Assembly (NCBI RefSeq): GCF_000143415.4
Contig: NW_003314418.1
Coordinates: 62,001-126,000, forward strand
Direction of reading: 5' to 3'
DNA length: 64,000 nucleotides
Source of the DNA: Selaginella moellendorffii
Taxonomy: Eukaryota > Plantae > Lycopodiophyta
The notes below the pieces were generated by a model, which saw only the letters and a program-made list of their open reading frames with translations, ran no database searches and was not told the DNA's origin. Position 1 is the first letter of the stretch, and each line of letters opens with the position of its first letter. Below are positions 1 through 14,290 of the stretch, piece by piece. The position numbers and the translations under genes are program-made.

Positions 1-343
1 TAATAGACACTGCACATGTGACTATCACAATCAAATTGTGATGGCCACATCAGCAATTTGAAGTAATGTTGCCTTAGTACATGTCACCATCACTGTCATT
101 TTTTTAACAGTGGCATTGTGACAGTGAAATCAATTTGAATGTTTTTCAAAACTGGCCTAGCTAGTTGACCACCATGAAACCTGCAATAGAAGGTTAAAAT
201 GTTGATGTGGTAGTTATTTCCTCCCGCCACTATTGCTGACATGTCAATTCATAGTTTTAGGGTCTTGAGCAGAATGGGAGAGCAACAGTTGAATGATTTA
301 AAGATTATGTTCTCCACTCAATGTCATTAAAAGTTTATGTATG

Positions 344-1260
344 ATGGTTCTCAATTCAGCAGGGGGAATTTTACTGCTCCCACTCCACCGAAGCCTTTGA
401 AACCAACTAGAAATTGGGGGCATTGGTTTTTAAATGAATTGTTGGCTTTGAATGAAGCAAAGAAGCATGATTTCTTCTTATAGCAACGAGGTAACATTCA
501 GAAGAGGCACAAGACTACAAGTGTTCATTGGTAGCAAGTTTCTAAGTAAGTTTTAGATTTTTTAGACTTCCAGTCATTCACTAAGTTTTCAGCTACTGTT
601 TTACACATGGTGTCAACCATTTGCCTGGGCAATGCCAATCTCGTTGGGAGTATATCTACAAAGAGTTCAACAAAATCAAGTCATATGAATATCATGTTCC
701 TACTGGTAAAAGCAATACTGAAACATGACAACAGAACAACATCATGAAGCTGATTTACCACCAAAGTTCAATGATCAACTCTATGCAATGATGGACGAGT
801 GGCTTTAGGACTGTTAAATTGTAAATTCACAGAGACAAACTTAGGAATTAATGTCTTCACTACCTACATCCCAACAATCACTATTACTGGCACCAAGAGC
901 TTCACAACAACAATCACTATTACCTCCATGTGGAGAATCAAAGCCTAAAGGTATTTTTTGTAGTTTTTGTTCATAATCACTTTTGGCAATGACATAAAAT
1001 AACAATAATCTTGAAAAGCATAATTCAGGCTAGCTGAGGAAAAAGTTCCGCACACACTTGCAAAACAGCTTGTAGGAGTGTTGTGTGACAACAATGTGAG
1101 CCTCATTGATACAATGGAAAATAGGTAGAAGGAAATTTGCTATCATAATCTGAAGAAGGAAGAATTCATGGAGCATACTTTAGTTGTGGATAGCCAGATG
1201 GTGAAGAATGTGGATCAAGTAACTCAAGCCTTGTTTGCAATTGTTGATTCTTTGGTAAGT
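344..1260 (+). pseudogene. Harbinger Myb/SANT-like DNA-binding partner gene, degraded
   Basis: Fragment HWFLNELLALNEAKKHD near 421 resembles the first helix of a trihelix/Myb domain. It converges on the transposase as expected for PIF/Harbinger. Many stops. Confidence 0.45.
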
Positions 1261-2329
1261 CAATTCATTATCTTATTCATGAACTTCACTTTTGTAGTTT
1301 ATAATGTCACTGATTACTATCTCCAAAGCAACAAGAGAGATGATGAACTGATGAAGATGTGATGATTTACCTGATCAACAATTTTAGGCCCAGCATTCCC
1401 ATCTTGCATTGCCACTGCCAATATCCTTGGATCGATTCCATCAATTTAGATAAAACATTCTTGTTGGAAGGACACGAGCGTTCACGTAAAGCTGTTTGTA
1501 TCAGTTGTCTAGCAATAGAAACATGAATGGATCAGAGTTAGATTGAAAGGAAAGAAAGAACTTTGCAAGAGTAAGTACCAAGAATGCCACACTGCGAAAT
1601 GACAATCTTTGTGTATGGTTGATTGAATCCCCTCTCAGCAACCACTGCTCAGGTATCACCTATAAGCTTGGCAATGCTATGGGGATTCAAGATAAGATTT
1701 TTCCCAAGGAACTAAGAGAAGAAAATACATACTGGAAGTAAAGATTGCTTGTGTTATCTTTGACCACCCTAGTACTTGCAATCTTTCGGACAACATCCAG
1801 GCCTTCTACCACTCGCCCTACCACCGAATTCATTGGGAATTTCAAAGAATTCGTTGGGAAACCAAGTAGGATCCCAACTTCTAGTGATAGAACAGCTTCA
1901 ATGGCCTCAAGCTACATTCCCTTGCGTCAACAGCCTCAAGCTGCATTTCCAAGCATCTTCTGCAGTGCCATTCCAAATCATTTTCTTCCCTCTTCCTCTT
2001 GCCGCCAGACGACTCAACACGCAAAACCCCCTTTAATCATTTAAAAACCTTCCTTATGAGAAGAACGGAAACGAACCTGAATGTTAGAATCAGACCAACA
2101 TTGGCAGCAGCTGTGACTCTAAACTCATCATAGCCCCCTCTCTCTGCTCTCAGCCAGGTTCCCTGCTGCGCCCACCTTCAAGCCCTGTACTGAAATCTCC
2201 AAATTAAAACCCTGAAAAATAAAACAAAACTTGAGTTTGTGAGCATGCCAAAGCAAATAAATTTGTGAGCTTCAAGTGGATTTGTTTAAGTCTACTACAT
2301 AAGTAATGAGAATGTTTCTAACCTCTGTA

Positions 2330-3550
2330 GCAGCGACATGAGGCTCTAGTCGCTAGCCTTGTGGTTGATTAGTCACTGGCTTAGGCTCAATGTCTATTTC
2401 CCCTATGTCACCTAGAAGTTATGCAGAATGCAAGCTGTTTTTATGGCAACTATTAGTTGAGTGATGGTCTCAATTTTAACCAACTTTCTAAACATCCTCC
2501 AACGACTTGTAAGCAATCCAAAACTTCTCTCACATACCATCTTCAAAGATGACAAGTAAAAGTTGAATGCTTCCCTCAATTTAGTTCCATTTGCACTTGG
2601 AAATGGTCCAACCATGGAAGTTTATAGTATCCTGAGTCTCCAATGATATATTCCCAAAACTGGTATTGGCCTCTTGAGACTATTGGTCCGTTAAGAGTTT
2701 CACCTGATTGAGCTCTTTTGTAGAATGAACTCTTCCTCAAAATAGTTATGTCATTGCAACTCCCAAGATCTCCAACTCAAATATCCAAGAACCTTGCTTC
2801 ACTATCAATGATTGCTTGCATGACAATTGAGTTATCTTTGTCCTTGTTGTAATAATCATTTGCAAAAGTGTTTCTAGGAAGTTCAACTTTGAAATACGTG
2901 CAGTCAATTGCACCATAGCAATTCAAGAAGCCACAAAAACTCTCGAAACCTATTTTTACTATTGACAGATCTACTAGCCACACAAGAAATTGTCCTAGAT
3001 GCTGGAATGTTGAGTTGGAGAACTTCTAACAATACTTATGGACAATTGCTTTAGAAACACCAAAATGCTTTATCAACCTAGCAAAAGAATCACCTAAAGC
3101 TAATCTCCATAAAGTAATGGCAACTTGCTTACCAACAAGAACATATCTAGATGGAATGTTTTTCAAATTTGGAGGTAGTGCTATTTGCATTGACAGAGCA
3201 ACAAGTTCGCAGATTGTCATGAACTACTCCTAGAAACTTTGAAGAACTCTCTCTACCTTGTTGGATCTTGCATTCCAACCTCATCCACCCAATAACAAAA
3301 CTAGTGAAGTGACCTTGGTCTGATATAGAAATTTCCCTCTTAAAAGAAGTTCAATTGCAATCAACTCCCAACTACTGCCAAGCACATGTGATGATACATT
3401 AGCACTAATTATTGTTAAAGAGTAGCTTCAAGCCTTTCATCCTCAAGATTTTCTCTAAGACACCTTCTAGGTCTTCTATAAGCAACAACCAACTGATCAA
3501 TTGCAGCAGCAACCACAACAACCATAGAAACCACAACCGTTGCCCTATTC
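2330..3550 (-). pseudogene. PIF/Harbinger DDE transposase (HARBI1-like), fragmented
   Basis: ORF pieces KQVAITLWRLALGDSF..HFGVSKAIVHKY, CYGAIDCTY..YYNKDKDNSIVMQAIIDSEARFLDI, and AFNFYLSSLKMVCERSFGLLTSRWRMF..TACILHNF. Confidence 0.9.
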
Positions 3551-5949
3551 ATCCCACATGAACCCTAATGATGTGGCATTAATCAATAACAAATCAGCAC
3601 TAACTCAATGGTAACTTGATTTTAGAATATTCTAGAATAATTTGATGTGGATGATGGTTACATGTACAGCATTTTATCACCGTCACCGCACAGAAAATGA
3701 TAGTGATGGTCACATAGCGTCTTTAAGCAAACCAATATAGGATATACCTGGGTATTCTTGAATATTCTATAATCTAATTGTTCATATTTATTTAGACTAA
3801 TCTTGTGTTTATAAATTCAAAACATTTTAATAATGGTCATCACATTGACTACAAAGAGTTGACTATATAGTTGACTGATGGTTTCAGCAAAAAGATGTTG
3901 TTTTGAGAACTACATTGTAGTTCAATATTTGGACATGTGTTTGTAGGTGTGATTTTGTGGCAAGGAAGCAAGAGCAACAGGAGGTCCTCCAGACAAGCTA
4001 ACTTCTCAAGTTTAACTAGCTGCCACCTATATGCAAGGGTACTTTCCACGAGCTCAAAGGGTAGAGGGCTAGCTTTTGATTTTTTTTTGGTTGTTCTCTA
4101 GGCCCAATTTGTTAGGAGTGATGGAAAGAGACTGTTATTGATCAGACTAGGGATTTCCAACCCAAAGCTATGTTTCTCATACCTAAAAAGTGTATCCATG
4201 AAATATATATATATCCTCTTGTGGTTTCTCTTGTAAACAAAAGACGAGTGCCTAAGGTTGTACATATCGAAGTACAAACCAAAGAAGCAGATCAATGGAT
4301 CTCCCCGTGATGTGTCAATCAGCAGTTGAACGAGGCAAGCAGCACATACTTGATCCTCTTCCAGTCGATTTTTTTTGAAAAACAATTTTGTCTAGATCTA
4401 AAGCAAAGTCTTCCATAAATTAGCTATTATATGTTTGAAAAGCTACTTAACGTCATTCCATAAGCAAATTGATCTACAACAGACTATCATGCATTAGACA
4501 ATTTGACTTTTGTGTTGATTCAACTGGGCAATTTTATGAAATAATCTCCACGGCCTATTCAAATTAGTCTTTAGTGTTGATTTAGTTTACTTAAAATTTG
4601 CCAAGAGCAATAAGCCACTCTTTCTAATTCCACAATTGTAAGGGCAAGGTTGGCTATAAGCTAAAGGGTAAGACCCACTGTGAAGTAGATAAACTACTTT
4701 AGAATTAACTATCACACACTAGAGTCCGTGCAATTAATCTTAACCATACTAGGTATAGCCAGAAAGGGAAAGTCTTCCTACACACTTAAGTGGAGAGATT
4801 AAGGATTGACAACCCTCCATATTCCTGATAGAAGTTGAATGGCAGAATTGGGGTAAACAAAATAAAAATGTTTATCAGCGATCCATCACACCTATCAAAA
4901 GATATACTTTGCTTATAGACTCAGACAAAAGTTGGTTGATCCCCACTCTGTGTGTCTAAGAAAAAGCATAAGAAAGCAAAAATTAAATTATCTTGTGTGC
5001 CTAACTAAGCTAGCGAATGATAGATTTAACAAAATTGCTTAAACAGTTCGACGAATTTTCAAGTGAAATACCTGACAATATTCTACTCAAGGTATACAGA
5101 AGTTTGACTCCTTGTATCTTTATTATTGTCAAAGAAAGTGTGATAATACTTTATAGGTACACAAAATAAATAAAACTTATATATGTGAAGTTACCTATAC
5201 AAAAAGAAAATAGGACTAGGATTTTTCCTAGATAGAAAGATAGTTTGCCTATCTGAGCTAGATGCAAATCCTAAGTATTATTACTTGTAAAGGATTTATA
5301 AAATTTTGCTTACTAGACAATTGCTAAATTTTATGCAATCTTTATACAAAAAAAGCTATTGTGGGAACTTTAATGGTTCATAATAAAGCTTGGATACCTA
5401 TAGACAGAAATACACTTGGTGATAATTGGGTTAATAGATATTGGATTAATTCCAAATTTAAATTGGTAGGCAACAAAATTTTGTGGAGTAAAAATCTTTT
5501 AAGGTGGACCATATTTGAGCAAGATAGATATGCTTTGAAAAATAATGTTTGTTGTTTAAGAAATTTTTGGGACTTTTGTATAAAAAATGATCTAGACACT
5601 TGGCCTCTAGAGGAAAGCTATCTCTATTTCAAAATTAGTTGGAAAATTAAATACTTGTTCCTAAGAGTGATTGATAGGCCAATTTATAAAAGGGATACAT
5701 TGCATACCAAAATTTTGTACCACTTCCACAAACGAGGTATAATAATTAGGCTTGCCATAGTAGCAACACCAACAAGCTTCAAAATATATATGCATAAACC
5801 AACAATTGATCTTACCTATAAAGCTTTAAATGGCATAATCCCTATATATAAAATTTTCATTGTCTATACCAAACAAAGTAATAGATATACAATATTTCTC
5901 TCACAATCTGATGAGCAAAAGACAATCTAAAAAGAAGTATCTAAAATGA

Positions 5950-8508
5950 AATTACAAAGCACTTACTTGTGACATTTATGATCTTAACCTCCCTTCAGAA
6001 AAGACTAAATCATTGCTCAATCAAGCTAGAGAAAAACTTGAAAGAGAGCAAGGTAAAAGCATATTAGGTACACTTTAATGAAGAGGAGATCAAAAATCTA
6101 AATACAACTTTGATGATCATTTAGAATACGTGAATCCATACACTACTCCTTTTTGGCAGCATCGACACATAGAAAATACCTTTACTTCAATTGAGAATAG
6201 TGGAACACAAAACAACTAGAATGATTCCCCACAAGAGGAAGAAGCACTAAATTTACAACCCTTACCTTTTGACGGTAATCTAAATTTCCCTACGAACCAA
6301 ACACCAATTTTGCCTATACTATTTACAAAATAGAGGAAATTGCAATGAGCACAATAGCAATTGTGTAAGCAACTAAAGAAAATGACTTGAGAGGCGATCC
6401 ATAAGGGTTCAAATATAAAGGGAAAATGCCTATGAATAAGAATGCATCCCTTTTTTCAATTGGTTAAGGGTCTTAGGATATTTGGGGTTAAGTGTCCTTG
6501 GGTTTGAATAGTACTGGGCTAGGAGGTCGGTTTGAATAGTACTAGGCTGGGTGACCTCCCGAGAAGTCCAAACTCAGGAGCTTACAAATTGTAGGAACAA
6601 CAATATGTAACGTCATTACATATCCATCCTTTTTTTAAATTAAAGGAGACAACCCATAACTACATATTAAGCAATACCTATAAGCAATTAAGCTCAATCA
6701 AGCAGATAGACAAAAAAATAAGTTTTTCCCCTATGCGCTCAAAAACAAAGTCAAAGATTGTTACTATGACAATGATGTAAAAAATCTTGGCACATTTGAT
6801 GAGTAGACAAAGTTTTTCCTAAAAGTTTTCTCCATAAAACCAAACACAAAAGAAAATTTATGATGAGTTGCAAAAGTTTCATCAAGGAAAATCTGAGACA
6901 ATTGAGAAATATAGAACTCAATTTAACAAGTGTTATAAGTATTAGTGTTATAGACAAAATGCGCCTACGCTTATACATATAGAGCCTCAAGAAAATTTAT
7001 CATAAATATGCGATAAATCATGCAGATTTTGATGATTTGAAAAAAATCATGATTGCCTACTAAGATATCATAAAATAATATGACATGGTAGATATAGTGA
7101 AGTTAGACAAAAAAACAACTTCTATAGATAAGGAAACTAGTCATTTAAGGAGTTTTAAATTGCAAACCAATCTCAAATAAAGGATTTGGTGTACTAAATA
7201 CAAAAATAAAGGCTATAGCAAAGAAGAATGCAAAGTTCAATTAATAAAGTGCTAATTTTGTGAAAAATAAAGGCATTCAGCTAAAGAGTGTAAAACCTTA
7301 TTTAAACAACTAGGAGGCCAACAGGCAGCTTGAGTTAATAAAATAATATATAGGCAAAGTTATCTATTTGACAGTAAAAGTTATTATAGGAGAAACAATT
7401 ATAATGATAATCGAAGTGCCAAACATGAATACTCATATGCTGAAATGCTAAATGACTATCGGGATTATCCATCTAGGGGTAATTTCGAGATTATCCACCT
7501 TGTCATTAGGAAAATAAGCCTAAAGACTATAATTGGCTTAGAGAATATGATTAACTCAGAGGTTATAATAGGCCTAGAGAATATAAAAGGCCAAAAGAGT
7601 ATGATCAATCTAAGACTTCTACTCGCTATCCTATGTTATACAATCAAGCTAAATCATCAAGCAAGAATGATAAGCCTCCTAAAGATACACAACCTGCAAC
7701 AAGGCACGTTGAGGTAGAATGGTTAGATACAAAAGAGTTACTTCACTCTCTTTATCTTGGCTTTCAGATTCAACCTTTCTTCATTAGACTCTAATCATGA
7801 CATAGATGCTAAGTAGTAAAAATCATCCCCAACTCTCAATGGCACCAAAAGAAAAATAGTAGCACAAAAATCACTCAACAATTTCAAAATTTGCAACCAC
7901 AAGTTAATATGGAGAATAGTGATTCTAACACAAAGAGTCTCACACCTTTACAAGCTGATATAAATTTATCATTAGCTCAAAAGGAAAATCCTATACTAAA
8001 ACTAAATGGCAAGGATGAAAAGAAGGCAGTGAAATACACTTTGAATGCCGGAATTACACTCAGTCTAAGCTAACTTTTCACTATAGCACCTTACCTTAGA
8101 GCTACATTACTCAAAGAACTCTCGCCTAAGAAGGAAGAAACTTTAATCCCATCTATAGTCATTGTAATTGAGCTAGGAAATTGTGATGATGAAGTTCCTA
8201 CAATCAATATAAAGATTGGTAAGAATCTATTTTATAGAAGTCTTATTAATGGTGGCTCAAGCATAAATATTCTAGAAGAGAGTATTTGTAAAGAATTAGG
8301 CCTAGGCCCAATTCAACCAGCCCTATTTAATATACAAATGGCTCATAACAGAAGTGTTAAACCCATTGGAATTATTAGAAATGCCTTAACAAATGTGGTT
8401 GGCCTAAAGTACAAACTTAATTATGTCATGCTTAAAATAAAACTCTACTATGCAAACTTTGGCTAAAAATTACTTGTATAAACCAAAACTGGGAAAAATG
8501 GTTTATTA
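5950..8508 (+). pseudogene. Degenerate Ty3/Gypsy gag-protease remnant
   Basis: Tandem CCHC-knuckle remnants at ~7185-7300 and protease-like LINGGSSINIL at ~8241. Similar to the gag at 17904-18700. Confidence 0.7.
6364..6586. mobile_element. Short solo LTR of a TRIM family
   Basis: TGTAAGC...GCTTACA ends, AATTG TSD (6359-6363 and 6587-6591). The site is empty in the duplicate copy at ~51918. Confidence 0.85.
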
Positions 8509-11500
8509 CTCATTATCACATGGATATGATATAAGTATCATAATGACTTGGTCATCAATTGAGCAACACTACGAGCAACACTACGAGCAACACCCATGTC
8601 ATTACTTCAAAGGTTTATGTGACTATCAAGTGCCAACTCGATTTGACAAAATGCAACATAAATGCTATACTCCACCGATAATTTACAACACCCAATACCA
8701 CCAACTTTTGTTCACAACATAGACAAGCCCATGCCACTCTCTTTCTGACCAAACTCAAAACTAATCCAATAGCAAGCTACTTAGGGAGCAATAGTAAAGT
8801 TCCCCGGAGAAGAATTGAGCATTGTAACCAAAGCCTTCCAATAGCAAGCCTAGACAAAATAGTATGGTGCTTCATCGCTATCCATCCCATAGCTCACCAT
8901 TTGTAAGACCACCATTTCCAATATACATCAAGATAGGGACTCTTGATTGCATGATGTGAACACAAGCAATGAGTCAACACCTTGTTGCAAATCATATCTC
9001 CAAGAAGAGAAAATGATTTACGTGTTTGATCCTTCGTCCCTGATGACTCTTTTTTTTGTCTCATCTTTGACTAAACCTCAAGCTTGCGTTCACACTACCT
9101 TCAGTCCAATTCAAGAAAAGTTTATGAGAGAGCACGGATGATTACTTAAACCAATAGACTAATCCCTATAGTCTTGGTTGATCCACATGTAATCATGCCT
9201 AGGAAGGATCCACTAGTGCTGNNNNNNNNNNNNNNNNNNNNNNNNNNNNNNNNNNNNNNNNNNNNNNNNNNNNNNNNNNNNNNNNNNNNNNNNNNNNNNN
9301 NNNNNNNNNNNNNNNNNNNNNTAAACAGCTACGGACTAGCCTATTTGCCACTCATAGCAAACTTAGGGAAAGTTCACTTTCACCCACGGTACATGGAACA
9401 ACTCATGGAAGCACCGATCTCTACATTCCATAGATATGCTAAATGAGCAAATCTAAACACTTTCCATAAATAGCATTTAGGACCGAAATGACACTAACAC
9501 AAAAGACATGATAATGAGGGTGTTTGGCAGACACTAGTAAGCTATCATTTAGCGATATTAAGGGACCAAATTTAATATCACAAGGTTCCCAACACTAGCA
9601 AGTGCAAGTCAACAACATAAGTTTCTTGTCACTATATCAAGTATGCTTGACTAAATGACAACATAGGATTTCCTTCCTTAGTGCCCTTCCGGTCTAAGTG
9701 CACATGTGATGACCAGTTTCTCAACTAGTTTAGGCGGAGACTGTTAACGGGCCCAGCAATACCGACCTCCTGCCGTCATGGCAGTAAGGAAAGAATATCT
9801 GAAAGGACTAGCCGACAGGTAACTTTCGATACCCGAAGTCACATTCGCGACAATCAGGGTTGTGTTTGTACATTCGATGTTGTGCTAAAGTTTTCTTGAG
9901 TTATCATTTTCTTAAATTTGCTTTTTTGGTTTTGTTGTTATTGTCTTTGGTTTGTTGTGTTCTTCTAAAGAAAATGTTGTGTAGTCGTAGAATCATGTAG
10001 TGTAAACTAACACAATCTTATATGGTGGTATTTATGTTGCTACGTTATACTTAGCTCGGTAAAGTTGATCAGTCTTTAACAAGGTTGTTTCTTGCCAACT
10101 TTGGGATCAAATGCTGGTTTTTACCCTTTATCCTATGGTGATTTACCATCGGATAACACCACGAAGCAGAACCTAAACCCTCCACTTATGATTATACCTA
10201 GGAAGGATCCACTAGTGCTGTGCTAAATAGCTACGGACCAGCCTATTTGCCACTCATAGCAAACTCAGGGATGGTTTACTTTCACCCATGGTACATGGAA
10301 TAACTCATGGAACCACCAATAGGCTAACATTAATCCTGCCAACTCAAAGTGTAATCTCAAGTTGCTAATGTGCCTCACTTATGAGCCCAAGTGTAAACTC
10401 ATGCAAACAGAACATCTCACATCCATCTTATAAGCCCAAGAGCAAACTCATACAATGCGGTACAAAAAGGTAACCAAATCCATACCCAAGGAACGATTGC
10501 AAAGCCTTTGCATCAAACGTGTACCCACTCGGATCATCGTTTTATCTCTGCGTATGCAACAAGACTAGTTGCCCAATCTCATTGGATAGTACTCGCCGAG
10601 ACACATCCTCTTATACCAAATGTAACGCACGTGGTTTTTACCTTTTATCCTATGGTGATTTACCATAGGATAACACTATGAAGCAGAACCTAAATCCTCT
10701 ATATGCCACATGTCATATGCCACGTGTCCATAAGACAGTGGTGTGGAACTTAAGGTTTAGGGCCTTGGGCCACTAAATGAAGGAACAGTGCCAAACTCCA
10801 AAGCATGGAGCTAAGGAGGGACGGAACTAGACCACGGAGCAACTTCTGAGCATACAGCCCAAGGAGCGAAGGGACAAGAGCCCAGAGCGACTTGGAATAG
10901 TCCTAGAGCAACCAGCATCCCATTGCCAAGACCAGCATGCAAAACAGAGCCAAATGAAGACTAACGCTATTTTGGCATACTGGTGGCCTAATGCAAGGAC
11001 ATGGGTACTCCACTAGTTAGTATGGAATGGAACTTGGGTTTAGACCCAAGCCGGATGCAAAACAAGGACAGGCATGCAAGTGGGAGCTAAACTATGCCTT
11101 AAGTTGGTCGGCCATGCCCAATNNNNNNNNNNNNNNNNNNNNNNNNNNNNNNNNNNNNNNNNNNNNNNNNNNNNNNNNNNNNNNNNNNNNNNNNNNNNNN
11201 NNNNNNNNNNNNNNNNNNNNNNCATTGTGTTCAGGCCAATCTTTACATTCCGTAGAAATGTCAAATGAGCAAATCTATATACTTTCCATAAATAGTATTT
11301 GGGACCAGAATGAGACTAACACAAAAGGCATGATAGCGAGGGTGTGTGGGAGACATGGTAAAGTATCATCTAGCAATATTGAGTGTCGCAAATGTGACTT
11401 TAGGTATCAAAAGTTACCTGTCGGCTAGTCCTTTTGGATACTCTTTCCTTACTGCTATGATGGTAGAAGGTCGGTATTACTGGACCCGTTATCAGTTTCC

Positions 11501-12814
11501 CACTTGAGCTAGTTGAGAAACTGGTCAATGACCATATACTTAGATCGGATAAACATAAGGTAGGAACCCTATGTGAGCATACTCGGCCTGGTTTGAGAAA
11601 CTCCTGTCATTAGCTTGCACTTGCTAGTATCAAGAACCCCCGCGATATTGAGATTGGTCCCTCAATATCGTTGAATGATAGCTTACTATGTCTGCCAAAC
11701 ACCCTCGCTATCATGCCTTTTTGGTTAGTCTCATTTCGGTCCTAAATGCTATTTATGGAAAGTGTCCAGATTTGCTCATTTGGCATATCTATGGAATGTA
11801 GAGATTATCCTGAACACAATGGTGTTTGTCCCCGTATCCAAATTTGCAATCTAAAGACATTCCATATTTAGTAAGTTTCAAGTTTGTCCCAGAGACTAAC
11901 TCCTGATACTAAGGGAGGCGTGGGGTGAAAGCCCAAAGCGTGTGTTCCTCAAGGGGGGGGGGGGCTGTGAGGGGTTCTAAATGTATAGTAGAGATAGTGG
12001 GTAGGTCGGGCATGGCCGACCAACCTGAGGCATAGTTTAGCTCCCGCATGCATACCTGTCTTTGTTCTGCGTCCAGCTTGGGTCTAAGCCCAAGTTCCAT
12101 TCCATGCTAGCTGGTGGAGTACCCATGTCTTTGCGTTACGCCACCGATATGCCGAAATAACACCAGACTTCGTTTGGCTCCGTTTTGCGTGCTGGTCCTG
12201 GCATTGGGATGCTGGTTGCTCTAGGACTGTTCCAAGTCACTCCGGGCTCCTATCCCTTCACTCCTTAGGCTGTAAGCTCGGGAGTTGCTTCATGGACCGG
12301 TTCCGTCACTCCTTGGCTCCATTCTTGGGAGTTTGGCACCATTCCTTCGTTTAGTGGCCCAAGGCCCTGAACCTTGGGTTCTGCACCATTGTCCTATGGA
12401 CACATGGCATATGACATGTGGCATATGTCACGTGGCATAAAGAGGGTTTAGGTTCTTCTTCATGGTGTTATCCTATGGTAAACCACCATAGGATAAAGTG
12501 TCAAAACCACGTGCGCTACATTGAGGGACTAATCTCAATACACGAGGGTTCTTGTCAAGCCAGTGCAAGATAGAGCAAAAGAGAACTAAAAAGCTAGGCC
12601 AAGTATGCTTGGCTAAATAGACACTTAGGAATTCCATCCTTATGCTCATCCGACCAAGTACAGATGCTAAGCCTAGTTTACTAACATTTGAACAAAAGGG
12701 GCCAATAAAGAGAACTAGCAATACCGACCTCCTACCATTCTAGCAGTAAGCAAAGAGTGTCCGTAAGGACTGGCCGACAGGTAACTTTTGATACCCGAAG
12801 TCACATTCGCGACA
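8509..12814 (-). mobile_element. LTR retroelement family B: 5' LTR (10621-12814), PBS and internal region, rearranged
   Basis: Matches 62228-63640 and the LTR at 57233-58361. PBS-like tcttatacca lies just before tgtaacgc at 10621. An extra partial LTR ends at 9852. Two N gaps. Confidence 0.8.
11384..12520 (+). mobile_element. Solo LTR of family B inserted in opposite orientation into a family-B LTR
   Basis: TGTCGC...GCTACA ends, perfect TTGAG TSD (11379-11383 and 12521-12525). It is the reverse complement of 57233-58361. Confidence 0.9.
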
Positions 12815-12817
12815 AGT

Positions 12818-13624
12818 GTATACTATAGCTACTCTTTTTACGAGTCCTTATTGTGTTAAATTGTTGCAAAGTAATTGTATCCTATCTTTAATTGTGTTGT
12901 ATAAAGTCATGCGCATCCTCATTATGAGCGTTTGCATTCTCCAGTTGATGGTGATATTCAAAAACTCTAAGCTGAGTAGTGGTTATATTCTAAGTGTTGT
13001 TATCCTCAAAGTTGTTATTGATACAAGTTTCTAAATTCTTGATTCTTGTATTTTTTAATCTTGAATTGCTATCTATGCTTCGATTAATTGTTATTTTTAT
13101 TCCCCATAGTCCCCAAGGGACCTCCACTTGTTAAATCCTTAGTATTTGATTTCTATTTGCTTAGTTGCTTCTTAATAGCTCATCTGATAAATATATATTA
13201 TTACAAAGGTCATTGCTCACCAACTTTGGGATCGAGCAGGACTGCATACTATTGCTACTCTTTTTATAAGTCCTTGTTGTGTTAAATTGTTGTAAAGTAA
13301 TTGTGGCCTACCTTTAATTGTGTTGAATAAAGTCATGTGCATCCTCATTATGAGCATTTCCGTTCTCCAATTGATGGTGATGTTCAAAAATTCTAAGCTG
13401 AGTAATGATTATATTATAAGTGTTGTTATTCTCAAGGTTGTTATTGATACAAGTTTCTAGATTCTTGATTCTTGTATTTTTTATCTTGAATTGCTATCCA
13501 TGCTTCAATTAATTGTTATTTTTATTCCCCATCGTCCCCAAGGGACCTCCACTTGTTAAATCCTTAGTATTTGATTTCTATTTGCTTGGTTGCTTCTTAA
13601 TAGCTCATCTAATAAGTGTATATT
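12818..13624. repeat. Tandem duplication, ~427-bp period
   Basis: tactat(a/t)gctactcttttt...gctcatct occurs at ~12820-13200 and ~13247-13624. Confidence 0.85.
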
Positions 13625-13689
13625 TTCATTTTCAATAATGTGAAGAAGAAATGCAAGTGCTTATTAGTATGTTAAATGGTATACTATTA

Positions 13690-14290
13690 CCAAAAAGGGT
13701 TTGGGATAATTTCCATCAAACTAGACTACCTATTTCCAACTTATTTGAAACATCAACAAAAGAAGAGATTGAGATTCCAATATAATCCTACACTAAAGTT
13801 ATGTTGTTTAGAGCATCTTGAGCGTCTACAACAATAACTAGTCCCTCAGCCACAATTGCATGTATAGCATCCACTATCTTCACAAGAGTTTTATACCATA
13901 TACTACAAGCATTTATATCTATAAAAGAACAACTAGAATTAGGGATATTCTTGCATCCGGAAATATTTTTGCTCTCTATCTTCTGTGGAATAACATCTTT
14001 ATCATTATTCCTTTGTGTTCCAATTGTATTTCTCTAAGAGATTTTGGTAGGAAATATCTCTATTGGAGACATTAGTTGATTCTGCTTCTATATAGAAAAC
14101 CCACTAACATCCAACTCACCTATAAGGTGGGAGTAATTCAAGTTAAACACCTTAATAATGCAAAGGAAAACACATCTAACTCTTAAAGAAGCACAGTGAC
14201 AAATGCAAGTAGCATCTAAAGATTCTATTCTTCCTTTTGCAATTGATTCTCCATTATCCCAAACAATCTCTATTACATCTCCTTTAACTT
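13690..14290 (-). pseudogene. Diverged remnant of the tandem N-terminal domains of the Sola-like transposase
   Basis: Translates to GESIAKGRIESLDATCICHC and AIVAEGLVIVVDAQDALNNITL..DYIGISI..LEIGSLV*WKL. These match GKRVAKGTLVSMDRNFVIHC and EVVAEGLATVVDPRDAVANQELGWDDIGVAI..LTIGSIVRWKL at 41093-41600. Confidence 0.7.

Larger units (their letters stand above)
4..3723. mobile_element. Decayed PIF/Harbinger DNA transposon
   Basis: TAA at 1-3 and 3724-3726. Ends are imperfectly inverted (tagacact..atgtgactatcac / gtgatggtcacatagcgtctt). Contains HARBI1-type nuclease fragments on - and a Myb-like remnant on +. Confidence 0.75.
3430..8508 (+). repeat. Segmental duplication, copy 1, left part (direct repeat of ~48348-53860)
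   Basis: Colinear near-identity by eye, e.g. ORFs 3849..4049 vs 48762..48962, 5378..5599 vs 50761..50970, 7891..8073 vs ~53230-53400. Confidence 0.9.

Noticed and set aside
5361-5930. 189-aa ORF upstream of the gag remnant
   Set aside because: No recognisable motif, and it is disrupted by stops in the duplicate copy. It cannot be supported as a gene.
10700-12440. atgccacatgtc / gtggcatatg motifs in family B LTRs resembling the palindrome half-site
   Set aside because: They lack the 8-6-8 inverted structure and look like G-box-type LTR promoter repeats.
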